A DNA stretch of 64,000 nt from an uncultured Pseudomonadota bacterium (GCA_963770835.1 CAVYRH010000007.1:132785-196784), one strand, 5' to 3'. Counted from the first letter of the stretch, positions 53,687 to 64,000 are shown. Translations and numbers: made by a program. Notes: generated by a model from the sequence alone, not told the origin.

Positions 53687-54554
53687 CTAATGCGCATGGG
53701 CGAACTCCCAATAGAGCTCGCGCGCGCGACGGAAGAACGGGCCCGGCTGCAGGTCGCGCTCGTCGATGCGCCTGACCGGCGTCACCTTGCCGTAATTGCC
53801 GACGACGAAGATCTCGTCCGCGGAGTCGAAATCGGCGAAGCCGAGCGTCGCCTCGCGCACGTCCACGCCGTCGGCGCGCAGCAGCGCCAGCACCCGCTGG
53901 CGGGTGACGCCGTTGAGGAACGAGCCATTGGCCATCGGCGTCATCACCACGCCGTCCTTGGCGAGGAAGATGTTGGCGGTGGCGAGCTCCGCGACATTGC
54001 CGAGCATGTCGCACAGGAGGCAATTGTCGAAGCCGCGCGCCCGCGCCTCGATCAGCGCGCGCGCGTTGTTGGGATAGAGGCAGCCGGCCTTGGCGTCGAT
54101 CGGCATGGTCATCGCCGAGCGGCTTGGCGATAGGGCGAGCGGGTGATCGAGACGCCGGTCGGCTCGGGCAGCGGCGCTTCGTAGAGACACAGGCAGAAGC
54201 GGGTCGAGTTCGGGATCGGGCGGCACGGACGACTGAGCGCCGTTGCGCTCGGCCCAGTACATCGGGCGGATATAGAGTTCGCGCGCCGGGCGTGAATTTC
54301 TTCATCCCCTCGCGCGCGAGCTCGATCATCGCCTCGACGCTCATCGTCGGCTTGAGCCACATGGTCTTGCGCCGAGCGGTTGAGCCGCGCGCAATGCTTG
54401 TCGAGATCGGGCGTCACGCCCTCGAAGGCGCGCGCGCCGTCGAACACGCTCGATCCCAGCCAGAAGGCGTGGGTGCGCGGCCCCGATGATCGGCGCGTTG
54501 CCCTCGAGCCATTCGCCCATCGAGAAAGGTGAAGGTTTGCGACCAGGCGGACAT
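53687..54554 (-). CDS. ilvE: Branched-chain amino-acid aminotransferase, PLP class IV (frameshifts)
   Basis: HAFWLGSSVFDGARAFEG, AKAGCLYPNN, E...ANIF, FLNGVTRQR, ADEIF..GN. Confidence 0.85.
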
Positions 54555-54715
54555 CGGCTGATTTGGTCCATCGGTGAGAAAATGAGGCCGGCGGAGCGCA
54601 GTCAACTCCACCCTAGCTGATAGAATCACACACTTGGTTCCCGACGCATAGTGCCTTAGGCTGGCGGGAAGGCATTCACTCCCATCTGTGGGCGCTTGTC
54701 CGAACGGGAGCGGTT

Positions 54716-55498
54716 GTGCACCACAAAGACCGGGCGATCACGATCGAGGCGAGACCGGAATCGATTCAGGTCGACATCGGCAAATGCGCCGTGCTGGTCA
54801 TCGACATGCAGAACGATTTCGGCGCGAAGGGCGGCATGTTCAACCGCGCCGGCATCGACATCTCGCCTATCGAGCAGGCGGTCGCCCCTACGATGCGCGT
54901 GCTGGCGGCCGCCCGCTCGGCCGCGATCCCCATCGTCTATCTCAAGATGCAACACACGGCCGACCTCGCCAACGCGGGCCGCCCCAATGCGCCGCATTGG
55001 ATCAAACACCGGCCGCTTGCCGTCGGCGAGACGACCGAGGCGCCTGATGGCCGGCCAAGCCGCGTCCTCGTCGAAGGCACATGGAATACGGAAATATTGC
55101 CAAGTCTGGCGCCTCGAGAGGGCGACGTCATCGTTCCAAAGCATCGTTATAGCGGTTTCTTCGAAACCGAGCTCGACCGGATCCTGCGGGATCGAGGGAT
55201 CGAATATCTTGTCGTGACCGGTTGCACCACCAGCGTCTGTGTCGAGTCGACGATCAGAGACGCCATGTTCCGTGACTACCACTGCCTTGTGCTGGAAGAC
55301 TGCACCGCGGAGCCCATCGCAAACGATCAGCCGAGGCGCAACCACGACGCCTCTCTCCTGACGATCCAACTTCTCTTCGGCTGGATCTCGAACTCCGAAC
55401 ATTTCATCAAGGCTCTGGCTGACTCACACCTTGCCGGGCCGGATCCGGAGCCCATGCCCGTCAATCGAGCGGCAGGACTTCGGCAGCCTCAGCCTTAA
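54716..55498 (+). CDS. Isochorismatase-family cysteine hydrolase (RutB-like)
   Basis: VIDMQNDF, KHRYSGFF.T.LD, TGCTTSVCVESTIRDA. Start uncertain. Confidence 0.88.
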   Translation: MHHKDRAITIEARPESIQVDIGKCAVLVIDMQNDFGAKGGMFNRAGIDISPIEQAVAPTMRVLAAARSAAIPIVYLKMQHTADLANAGRPNAPHWIKHRPLAVGETTEAPDGRPSRVLVEGTWNTEILPSLAPREGDVIVPKHRYSGFFETELDRILRDRGIEYLVVTGCTTSVCVESTIRDAMFRDYHCLVLEDCTAEPIANDQPRRNHDASLLTIQLLFGWISNSEHFIKALADSHLAGPDPEPMPVNRAAGLRQPQP

Positions 55499-56807
55499 GC
55501 CGCGCAGCCGCTTCGCCGACCCTTACCCCCGCGATGACGAGATCGGGCGCGATTTCGGCCAGCGGGACCAGCACGAAGGCACGGTTGAACAATTCGGGAT
55601 GAGGCAGGGTCAGGCGGTCGGTCTTGAGGGTCACATCGCCGTAGGCGATGAGGTCGATGTCGATGACGCGCGGCCCCCATCGTTCCGCAGGCGCGCGGCC
55701 GAGCTCGACCTCGAGCGCCTTGATGCGTTCGAGCAGCGCTTCCGGCTCAAGCCTCGTGCGGCCGAGCGCGCAGGCGTTGACGAACCAGTCCTGGTCGGTC
55801 TTGCCCCAGGGCGCGGTGCGGTAGAAGCGGGAGACCGCGGCAAGTTCGATTCCCCGCTCGCTCGCAAGCGCGCGCAGCGCCCGGCGCAGGCTCGCCGCCT
55901 TGTCGCCGACATTGCCGCCAAGCGCGAGGACGATTGGCGACCAGCTGTCGCCTTCGGGCTTGGCGACGAACGACGGCGCGGCGGCGCCTGCAAGCGCCAT
56001 GAAGACGGCGAGCGCCGCTCGATTTTCGGCGACGTCATGCACGCGCAACACCGAAGCCCCGCGCATGAGCGCGATCGTGTCGGCGGCGAGTGTGCCCGGA
56101 AGGCGCCGGTCGACCTCGGCGTCGATGATCCCGCCGATGAAAGATTTGCGGGAGAGCCCGACCAGGATCGGCGCGCCTAGCCGTCGAAAGCGGTCGAGGT
56201 TCCAGATGCAGGCATGGTTCTGCCGCCGCGTCTTGCCAAAGCCGATTCCCGGATCGAGCAGGATCCGGCCGAAGGGCACGCCGGCGCCGGCCGCGAGGTT
56301 GAGCGAGCGCTCGAAGAAACGATCGACATCGTCGAGAATGTCGATCGCCTCTTCCGCCTGCTGTCGGTTGTGCATGATCACGACGGCCGAGCCGGTCTCC
56401 GCCACCGCGTCCGCCATGTCCGGATCGCGTTGCATTCCCCAGATGTCGTTGATGACGCAGGCGCCGAGCCGCGCCGCCTCGCGCGCCACCGCCGCCTTGG
56501 ACGTGTCGATGGAGATCGGCGCGTCGAGCTCGGCGAGCGCGTCGAGCGCCGGAACCACCCGCCGCAGCTCCTCGTCCTCGGAAACCGGAACATGGCTGGG
56601 CCGCGTCGACTCGCCGCCGACGTCGATGATCGCCGCGCCCTCGGCGAGCATCGCTTTGGCGTGGGCGACCGCAGCGGTCGGGTCGAAATGGCGCCCGCCG
56701 TCGGAGAACGAGTCCGGCGTCACGTTGAGAATGCCCATGAGCTGGGGCGAGGCCTTCAGCGCGCTGAGGAACGTGTCGCGATGGCGTGCGCGGCGGTCGG
56801 CGTTCAT
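55461..56807 (-). CDS. folP-folK: Fused dihydropteroate synthase (N-terminal) and HPPK (C-terminal)
   Basis: MGILNVTPDSFSDGG, IDVGGESTRP, DPGIGFGK, SRKSF, RVHDV. Then LALGGNVGD, YRTAPWG...Q..FVN, RWGPRVIDIDL, LPHP...RAFVL.PL. Confidence 0.95.
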   Translation of the reverse strand: MNADRRARHRDTFLSALKASPQLMGILNVTPDSFSDGGRHFDPTAAVAHAKAMLAEGAAIIDVGGESTRPSHVPVSEDEELRRVVPALDALAELDAPISIDTSKAAVAREAARLGACVINDIWGMQRDPDMADAVAETGSAVVIMHNRQQAEEAIDILDDVDRFFERSLNLAAGAGVPFGRILLDPGIGFGKTRRQNHACIWNLDRFRRLGAPILVGLSRKSFIGGIIDAEVDRRLPGTLAADTIALMRGASVLRVHDVAENRAALAVFMALAGAAAPSFVAKPEGDSWSPIVLALGGNVGDKAASLRRALRALASERGIELAAVSRFYRTAPWGKTDQDWFVNACALGRTRLEPEALLERIKALEVELGRAPAERWGPRVIDIDLIAYGDVTLKTDRLTLPHPELFNRAFVLVPLAEIAPDLVIAGVRVGEAAARLKAEAAEVLPLD

Positions 56808-56916
56808 TGGGATCGGCTAACGCCTCTTTGCGGCTTCCGCAACCGCTTGCCGTGAGATCAGCTTTAGGCTTGACGCCCTCCCCCGATTTCACACTCTCCG
56901 TTGCCCAACCACTGAC

Positions 56917-57378
56917 CTATATATCAAATAGCTCTCTTTGGGCGGGCGGAATCGGCTTCCGAATAAGCAATGGAGGGTTGCCGACGATACCGGATTTCTT
57001 CAAAAGTAGTTCGTCGAACGTCTCCAACGTTGAAACGCGCGCGTCCAGCGCAGTCGAGACGTAAATTGCGTCTTTTGGTCTAATGGTATGATTCCATACT
57101 AGATTTTGTGCTTCTTCTGATATAGCTCGCGTGACATTCCGTACTCGAATATACGAACGACGGAAGAACTTGCGCACAATATCTGATTTGTTTTTCGGAA
57201 TCATTGGAGCATTACGCAGCCAAAGCACCTCCGCGATGGTTAGCGCGGACGTGAAAAGGATTACCTCTCCCAACTCGGCTCGTTTCAGGGTTCCTGCGCA
57301 AAGCTCAGCCTTACCCGGCTCCGCCTGCAGCCAGCCGAGAAATGCATCGCTATCCCAATAGATTAACTCAGCCGGCAG
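56917..57378 (-). CDS. PIN-domain (VapC-like) nuclease, probable CTG start
   Basis: In-frame extension upstream of the listed ORF gives IYWDSDAFL. Also SALTIAEVL, DAIYVSTAL, TFDE.L. Confidence 0.85.
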   Translation of the reverse strand: MPAELIYWDSDAFLGWLQAEPGKAELCAGTLKRAELGEVILFTSALTIAEVLWLRNAPMIPKNKSDIVRKFFRRSYIRVRNVTRAISEEAQNLVWNHTIRPKDAIYVSTALDARVSTLETFDELLLKKSGIVGNPPLLIRKPIPPAQRELFDI

Positions 57379-58120
57379 CGAGAATCCCCCTTACCTCTTC
57401 AGCTGTCGGCAACTCGCTGTCGTCAGGCAGAGGGATAATGTGCTCGGCCTCAATGCTGATAGGAGCGCCACTTTTTCGATAGTGAATGAGGCCAGAGACC
57501 TCTACTCGTTTTCGAAAATTACTGAACACTTCAGATAACAATTCCTCTGGAAAGTAACACCGCACGCGCTGCCGCAAAATCATGTCGCGGATAAAGAATT
57601 GAAAATTCCCGTAGCTTTCTTGAATCGTCTCTAGCCGACCTTCTATTGTACCGTAGTCTGTATAATCGGAGCGACCCTCCTCTCGGATTGCGCTTGCAAT
57701 TGTTGGCTCAAGACTGATCGGCTTCTTCTCAACCCAAAGTCGCATCGGTATCGGCGCCTTGTTCGGTCCCGCTTCCGTCATCTCCGCCAAAGCCCGCAGA
57801 TGTCGAAGTGCAGGCTCGTTCAATCCAGCATCCTCTATATCGCCATTTATCAAACCGCGAACTCCGTGCTCTGCGCGAGCATAGACGTAACGCGCCGCTT
57901 CAATTTGAGTCGCTGGCGTTGGATCCACTCCAAGAAGCGCGCTCCCCTCACGAATGCGAACGACCCATCGCAAGGGTTGCGCGTCGGGCGCTCTCGCCTT
58001 GCCAATTTCCTCGACGTAACCAAAAAATGCTCGCGCGACGGCGATAAACCGGTCGGGAGGTAGGTTTTCGCCTATTTCAAGCGTTAGGTCGGTGGGTATC
58101 TGATCGGGTGCGGCAGCCAT
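57368..58120 (-). CDS. Hypothetical protein overlapping the PIN gene (possible C-terminal OB-like beta domain)
   Basis: Intact 250-aa ORF, lower GC. GTIEGRLETI...VRCYF...RVEVSGLIHY...LPT.EEVRG. Confidence 0.7.
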   Translation of the reverse strand: MAAAPDQIPTDLTLEIGENLPPDRFIAVARAFFGYVEEIGKARAPDAQPLRWVVRIREGSALLGVDPTPATQIEAARYVYARAEHGVRGLINGDIEDAGLNEPALRHLRALAEMTEAGPNKAPIPMRLWVEKKPISLEPTIASAIREEGRSDYTDYGTIEGRLETIQESYGNFQFFIRDMILRQRVRCYFPEELLSEVFSNFRKRVEVSGLIHYRKSGAPISIEAEHIIPLPDDSELPTAEEVRGILAAG

Positions 58121-58220
58121 CGAGCGCGCTCCTACACGGCTACGGACGAGTCCCTGTACGAGAGATGGGTTCCAATAACTATCACCATGAAAAGGCGTCC
58201 TCCAAGCCCTCCTCGCTCCA

Positions 58221-59603
58221 TCACGCCGCCAGCGCCGCCAGGATGCGCGCCCATGAGCGCGCCCCTTTGTGGAACGACGTCCGGTCGTATTTCTCGTTGG
58301 GCGAGTGGACGCGGTCGTCGTCGAGCGCGAAGCCGACCAGGAGGCTGTCCATGCCGAGTTCGCGCTTGAAGGAGCCGACGATCGGGATCGAGCCGCCGCT
58401 GCCGACCAGCGCCGCAGGCCTGCCCCATTCGGTCTCCAGCGCCCGGCGAGCGAGCTTCAACGCCTGGTTCTTGACCGGCAGGGAAATGGCCGGGCTGCCG
58501 GCGTGGCTGATGAATTCGGCTTTCACATCCGGCGGCAGGCGCGAGGTGACGAAGGCGCGGAAGGCCTGGGCCACCCGCTCCGGATTTTGCTTGCCGACGA
58601 GCCGGAAGGTGAGCTTGGCGCTGGCCTTGGCCGGCAGCACCGTCTTGGTCCCCTCGCCGGTATAGCCGCCGACAATTCCGTTGACCTCGCATGTCGGCCG
58701 CGACCACAGGATCTCGAGCGGCGTGCGATCGCGCTCGCCCGCCGGCGTCGTCAGCCCGACGTCGCGCAGGAACGCCGTCGCGTCGAAGTCGAGCCCGTTC
58801 CACTGGTCGGCGATTTCCTCCGGCAGGTCCTCGACGCCGTCGTAGAAGCCGGGTATCGCGACCGCGCCGTTATCGTCGTGCAGCTCGCCGAGGATCTTTG
58901 CCAGCACATGGATCGGGTTGACCGCGAGGCCCCCGTAAAGGCCCGAGTGCAGATCCCGATTGGCGCCCGTCAGCACGACTTCCTCGCCGACGATGCCGCG
59001 CAGCGCGATGGTGATCGCGGGCGTCGCCCGGTCCCACATGCCGGTGTCGCAGACCAATGCGATATCGGCCTTCAGCTCTTTGGCGTTCGCGGTGAGGAAG
59101 GCCGGCAGCGACGGCGATCCGGTCTCTTCCTCGCCTTCGAACAGCGCGGTGATATGGCAGGGCGGGCCGCCGAACTGCCTGAAGGCGCGGCAGGCCTCGA
59201 GAAAGGTCATGAGCTGGCCCTTGTCGTCGCAGGCGCCTCTCGCCACGATCTCCTCGCCGTGCGGCCCGGCCTCGAGCTTCGGCTCGAAAGGTGGGTTCCG
59301 CCAGAGGTTCAGCGGATCGACCGGCTGCACGTCATAATGGCCATAGAACAGAACGTTCGGCGCCTCGCGGCGCACGGCCTTGATGCGCCCGACAACCATC
59401 GGGCGGCCAGTAGTCGGATGTTTGGCCGCCTCGAAGCCAACGTCGCCGAGCTCCTCGACCAGCCAGTCCGCGGCCCGCTCGCAATCGGGGAAATGCGCCG
59501 GAACGGCGGAGATCGAGGGGATCGAGAGAAAAGCGAACAGACGCTCGAGCGCCGCCGTCTGACCGGCGTCAATAGCGGAAAGAATATCGTCGATCGTGGC
59601 CAT
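58221..59603 (-). CDS. M20/M25/M40 family metallopeptidase (dipeptidase-like)
   Basis: YGHYDVQP, ARGACDDKGQ, EGEEETGS, DLHSGLYGG, GGSIP, HSPNEK. Confidence 0.93.
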   Translation of the reverse strand: MATIDDILSAIDAGQTAALERLFAFLSIPSISAVPAHFPDCERAADWLVEELGDVGFEAAKHPTTGRPMVVGRIKAVRREAPNVLFYGHYDVQPVDPLNLWRNPPFEPKLEAGPHGEEIVARGACDDKGQLMTFLEACRAFRQFGGPPCHITALFEGEEETGSPSLPAFLTANAKELKADIALVCDTGMWDRATPAITIALRGIVGEEVVLTGANRDLHSGLYGGLAVNPIHVLAKILGELHDDNGAVAIPGFYDGVEDLPEEIADQWNGLDFDATAFLRDVGLTTPAGERDRTPLEILWSRPTCEVNGIVGGYTGEGTKTVLPAKASAKLTFRLVGKQNPERVAQAFRAFVTSRLPPDVKAEFISHAGSPAISLPVKNQALKLARRALETEWGRPAALVGSGGSIPIVGSFKRELGMDSLLVGFALDDDRVHSPNEKYDRTSFHKGARSWARILAALAA

Positions 59604-59849
59604 CCCAAGCCTCTTGTCGCTCGCTGTCGCCCGTGATCGCTCCTCCTACCACGGCGTCCGGAATTCGTCGTCCCACTTCCGTCCTGTCAATTGCGGCGCG
59701 CGCCGCTTTTGGATAGCGGCAGGCGGAGAAGGGCCCGGAAGGCAAATGGGCGTTTATAGCACTCTGTGTTGCTTTCTGGCTTCCGCCTGAGGCCGTCCCG
59801 CACTCCCGCAGTTCAAAGTTGGCCGACCGATGCATCGCGTCGACAAATG

Positions 59850-60949
59850 GGCTCTTATAGCGTTATCTGTTGGTATGCCCATTTCCGATCGCGCCGGCGA
59901 TCCAGTTTGGCGGGTCAAGGCGTTGGCCCCAGCCTTCGAGGGCGCGGCGCCAGCCGAGGTAGCTTGGCAGGTTCTTGGTGGCGACGCCGTTGAAGCGATT
60001 GAGCCATTGCTTGAGGCGTCCGTGATAGGCGTTGACGTTGTTGATGTGCAGGTGCGGCGTCTCGGGAGCCGGCTTTCCCGGCGAGGGCACAGCGTGGAAG
60101 GGAATGCCGGCTCGGCTGGCGAAGGCGGCCAACGGCTTGCCGCCATCGCCGACGAGATGATTTGCGGGCGTAACGACGCCCGTCAGCACCGCGGCGATCG
60201 AGGCGTTGTCGTCCTGCGGCAGTACAGCGTCGAAGGTCGCGCCTTTCCGGTCGCGGGCGACGAGGACGGGAATGTTGTCCTGATAGGGGCCCGGATGCCG
60301 GGCCGTTCCGCCTCGCTTACGCGCCTTGCGCGGCAGGTCGGACCAGCGGCCCTTGAAGGATTCGAGGATGAAGGTCTCATCCGCCTCGACGATTCCGCTC
60401 AAACTGCGAGGCTTGTCGTCGGCGGGCGCGCGCAGGAACCGATGCCGCCAGCGGAACGCGGTGGTCGGATGGACGCCGCACAGTTTCGCGGTCTTCGCCA
60501 GGCTCTTGCCCTCGATCATCGCCTGGGCGTGAGCGAGCCACTTCTCCTTCTTGCGCAGATGCGCCATGGGCGTTCTGGTCAAGGCGTTGAACGTGCGTCC
60601 GCAACTCTTGCAGCGGAATCGCAACAGCCCGTCCGAGCGGCCCCAGCCGACGATCTCGCGACCCGCGCAATGCGGGCAGCCCCGGCTTTCCACCCGCTCA
60701 ACGCTCGTCGTTCCAAGCGCGTCCTCCGTCCGCTTGGCGCGTCGCTTTCCCGGTGAAGGCGCCGCCAAATCTTCCGGCGCGGCGGCGCCCTCTCCCGCCT
60801 TCGCTAGCGCTAGCACGGCTTCCCCGCGTTGCTCCGCGCTCAGGCCCGCGATCGCCGCCAGCCAACCCGGAAAGTCCTGAGCCCGCATCGAATCACCTCC
60901 TCGACCCGGCGCGATTCTAACCGAAACAATAGATAACGCTATAAGAGCC
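59850..60949 (-). mobile_element. IS1595-family insertion sequence
   Basis: Inverted repeats GGCTCTTATAGCGTTATCTGTTG / CAATAGATAACGCTATAAGAGCC. Direct repeat ACAAATG at 59843-59849 and 60950-60956. Confidence 0.95.
59863..60888 (-). CDS. IS1595 transposase
   Basis: CPHC...RCKSC zinc finger, HTH TAFRWRHRF, VEADETF, HINNVN.YH.RLK, F.GVATK.L..Y. GGAGG RBS before ATG 60888. Confidence 0.95.
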   Translation of the reverse strand: MRAQDFPGWLAAIAGLSAEQRGEAVLALAKAGEGAAAPEDLAAPSPGKRRAKRTEDALGTTSVERVESRGCPHCAGREIVGWGRSDGLLRFRCKSCGRTFNALTRTPMAHLRKKEKWLAHAQAMIEGKSLAKTAKLCGVHPTTAFRWRHRFLRAPADDKPRSLSGIVEADETFILESFKGRWSDLPRKARKRGGTARHPGPYQDNIPVLVARDRKGATFDAVLPQDDNASIAAVLTGVVTPANHLVGDGGKPLAAFASRAGIPFHAVPSPGKPAPETPHLHINNVNAYHGRLKQWLNRFNGVATKNLPSYLGWRRALEGWGQRLDPPNWIAGAIGNGHTNR

Positions 60950-61298
60950 ACAAATGATTGCGGAAAATCATAAATCTGCGTAAACTGGCCGCATGGAGAA
61001 TTCGGCGCTTCCGTATGGCCTCGACCCGTCTGGCTTCCCGTCCGGCGCGTTCAACATGGGGGGAAGGGCATGAGAAAAAATTTTCACGGAAAATCCCGCG
61101 TAACCCATTGAAAAGTCTCAATTCGGACGAAGAGAATCCAAGGAAATCTAAGCTTTTCCAACCCCCACAAACGAGGGTTTTCGCAGCCAAAGAGCCTCGT
61201 TCCAAGAAAACCCAATGGGACCGATCGGGAACGCCGCCCGCCGCCGGGACGGGAGGTCCAGCGGCCTCCGTCCAAATGCGAACCGCTCTAAACGGCGA

Positions 61299-62917
61299 TC
61301 AGAAGATCTGGCGGAAGATGACGTAGAGCACGCCGGACAGGATCATCGCCGCCGGCAGCGTCAGCACCCAGGCGAGCGCGATGTTGCGCACGGTCGCCCA
61401 CTGCAGGCCCGAGCCGTTGGCGGCCATCGTCCCGGCGACGCCGGACGACAGCACGTGCGTCGTCGACACCGGCAGGCCGAAGCCGTCGGCCGCGCCGATC
61501 GTCGCCGCGGCGATGATCTCGGCCGCCGCGCCCTGGCCGTAGGTCAGGTGGGTCTTGCCGATCTTCTCGCCGACGGTGACGACGATGCGCTTCCAGCCGA
61601 CCATCGTGCCGAGGCCGAGCGCGATCGCGACGCGATCTTGACCCAGAGCGGGATGAACTTGGTCGCCCCGTCGAGCTCCTTCTTGTAGGCGGCGATCTGC
61701 GCCTTGTCCGCGGCCGTCAGCTCGCTCTCCTTGTCCTTGCCAGGACGCGGAAGCGCCTCCGAGGCGAGATACATGTCGTTGCGGAGGTTCTGCACCTTGT
61801 CGAGCGGCGTCTTGGCGATCGCGCCGTATTGCTCGACCGAGTCGCTGATCTCCTTGGTCAGCACCGCGAGCGACGGATAGGTGCCTTCCGAGATCTGCGT
61901 GGGCGTGGACGTATTCCGTCACCGCCGGGCGCGGATCGCCGATGTGGCGTAGCCGGCGCCGTGGGCGTCGACGATCTTCGAGGCGGCGTGCGCCGCGGCG
62001 ATGAACTGGCGCGGCGTGGCTTCGGCGGCGCGCGGTTGAGCGCATAGGCCGTCGGCACGATGCCGATCAGGATCAGCATGATGAGGCCCATGCCCTTCTG
62101 GCCGTCGTTGGAGCCGTGGAAGAACGTGACCCGCGTGCAGGTGAGGATCAGCAGGCCGCGGATCCAGGGCGGCGGCGGCTGTTGGTGTTCGGGCGCCTTG
62201 TAGAGCTCCGGCACGCGCATGACGGCCTTCATCGCCAGCAGCAGCAGCGCCGAGAGGACGAAGCCGACCAGCGGCGAGAACAGCAGCGCCTTGCCGACCT
62301 TGGTGGCCTGGGCCCAGTCGACGCCCGCGGTGCCGTTCTGGCCGCGCATCAATCGCGTTGGCGAGGCCGACGCCGATGATCGAGCCGATCAGCGTGTGCG
62401 AGCTCGAGGCCGGCAGGCCGAACCACCAGGTGCCGAGGTTCCAGATGATCGCGGCGATGAGCAGCGCGAAGACCATGGCGAAGCCGGCGCCGGAGCCGAC
62501 CTGAAGGATGAGCTCGACCGGCAGCAGCGAGATGATGCCGAAGGCGACCGCGCCGGTCGACACGAGCACGCCGATGAAGTTCCAGCAGCCCGACCAGACG
62601 ACGGCGACCTGCGGCGGCAAGGCGTGGGTGTAGATGACGGTGGCGACGGCGTTGGCGGTGTCGTGGAAGCCGTTGACGAACTCGAAGCCGAGCGCGATCA
62701 GCAGCGCGACGCCGAGCAGGAGGAACGGCAGGATCGTCGTCGGCCCGCCGCCGGCCTCCGAAATGTTCCAACCAGATGGAAGAGGCGATGTAGAACAGGC
62801 CGAGAGCGAGGACAGCGAGGATGCCGAGCACAAATCGAGGGTCGACCGGATGATTGAGATGCGGTTCACCGGCGCCTCGGCGTGGGGGCCGAGTGGAGCG
62901 TCGAATGCGGCGGACAT
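61299..62917 (-). CDS. pitA: PiT-family inorganic phosphate transporter (frameshifts)
   Basis: [48 protein letters not shown]. Confidence 0.92.
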
Positions 62918-63107
62918 GGGGTGCTCCCTGGAGCGTTCGAGCCCCTTGTATCGCGAGCGCCCATGACAGAATGTGAAGGAAGCGTCCCCCGGCAACGCTC
63001 GGGCGTTCGCCGCGGACTTCCGCGCGCCAATCGGAGTCAATACGACAAATTCGTCAGCCGGAAATTACCACGAGCATTGCCAATCGCCTCGTGTTAGGCG
63101 ATCTCAC

Positions 63108-64000
63108 ATGTCCGAAGTAAGGTCGGCGCCAAATGGGGTTTTCTCGATACTTGACCGTAGCCATACGATCGCTAAACCCGGGATTCAGCCGTTGGATGGT
63201 CCCCCGGCGGCGCTCTGCATTCATCTCTGCATCGGCCAGGTCTACGCGTTCAGCGTCTTCAACCTGCCGATGCCAAGCTGATCGGGGTCTCCAGTCGGCC
63301 CCGGACGACTGGAAGCTGACCGAGCTCGGCTGGATTTCTCCATCGCCATTTTCTTCCTCGGCCCTCGGCCGCGGTTTCGGCCGCTGGGTGGAGGAGGGCG
63401 GGCCGCGCCGCGCGATGTTCGCCGCGGCGCTCTGCTTCGGCGGCGGCTTCCTGATCGGCGCGTTCGGCGTGTCACGTCGCACCAGCTGTGGATCGTCTAT
63501 CTCGGCTATGGCGTGTTCGGCGGCATCGGCCTCGGGCTCGGCTACATGTCGCCGGTGTCGACGCTGATCAAATGGTTTCCCGACCGGCCCGGCATGGCGA
63601 CCGGCATGGCGATCATGGGCTTCGGCGGCGGCGCCATGATCGCGTCGCCGTTTTCGGTGTGGCTGATGAGCGGGTTCTCGACCCCGACGCATGTCGGGGT
63701 CGGCGAGACCTTCGTATTCTCGGGCTCGTCTAGCGTGCTTCATGCTGGTCGGCGCGGCGATCGTGCGCGTGCCGGCGCCGGGCTGGAAGCCCGAGGGCTA
63801 CGTGCCGCCGATTCAGCCCAGGAAGCTGGTCACCAACAGGGACGTTTACGTCTACCAGGCGCTGAGGACGCCGCAGTTCTGGCTGATCTGGATCGTCCTG
63901 TGCATGAACGTAACGGCGGGCATCGGCGTGCTCGGCCAGGCTCGGCGATGAGCCAGGAAATGTTCCCCGGCCGGGTCACCGCCGCCGCCGCCGGCGGCTT
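63108..64000 (+). CDS. OFA-family MFS transporter (frameshifts; runs off the window end)
   Basis: [62 protein letters not shown]. Confidence 0.88.

Noticed and set aside
49664..59636. Long opposite-strand ORFs such as 49664..51067, 55900..56820 and 58269..59636
   Set aside because: They are high-GC antisense shadows of trpB, folP-folK and the M20 peptidase, with no motifs of their own.

Overview
The window has two very different halves, joined at about 24.2 kb. The join is most likely an assembly chimera. Left half (1 to ~24,210; moderate GC, AT-rich spacers; lineage not determined, clearly unlike the right half): a membrane GT-C-like/TPR/secreted-protein operon, a divergent 1309-aa DUF11 / Thr-Pro-stalk / FlgD-Ig surface protein, a mannoside locus (sugar-binding lipoprotein, HAD phosphomannomutase-like enzyme, GH2 beta-mannosidase, AGE epimerase), otsB with a displaced duplicate 3' end, an amino-sugar operon (SIS, GH18+CBM, ROK, PIG-L deacetylase), and a cupredoxin-like / adenylate cyclase module cut at the junction. 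Right half (high GC, alphaproteobacterial/Hyphomicrobiales-like): a tRNA-Trp-anchored integrase/excisionase island carrying the four-gene restriction-like anti-phage system (DUF499 ATPase, DUF3780, DUF1156 methylase, PLD-SNF2). The system is extended by a hidden Sel1-repeat gene and Mrr, and is hit by three IS elements (IS21, IS630, IS1182/IS5-like). Beyond the island lie core genes (accA, uxuA, trpF-trpB, ilvE-like, a folP-folK fusion, an M20 peptidase, PiT and OFA transporters), an accessory hypothetical+PIN pair and an IS1595. Frameshifts are frequent from ~22.7 kb onward, including in essential genes, so most are probably sequencing indels. All family calls come from motif recognition by eye; no searches were run.
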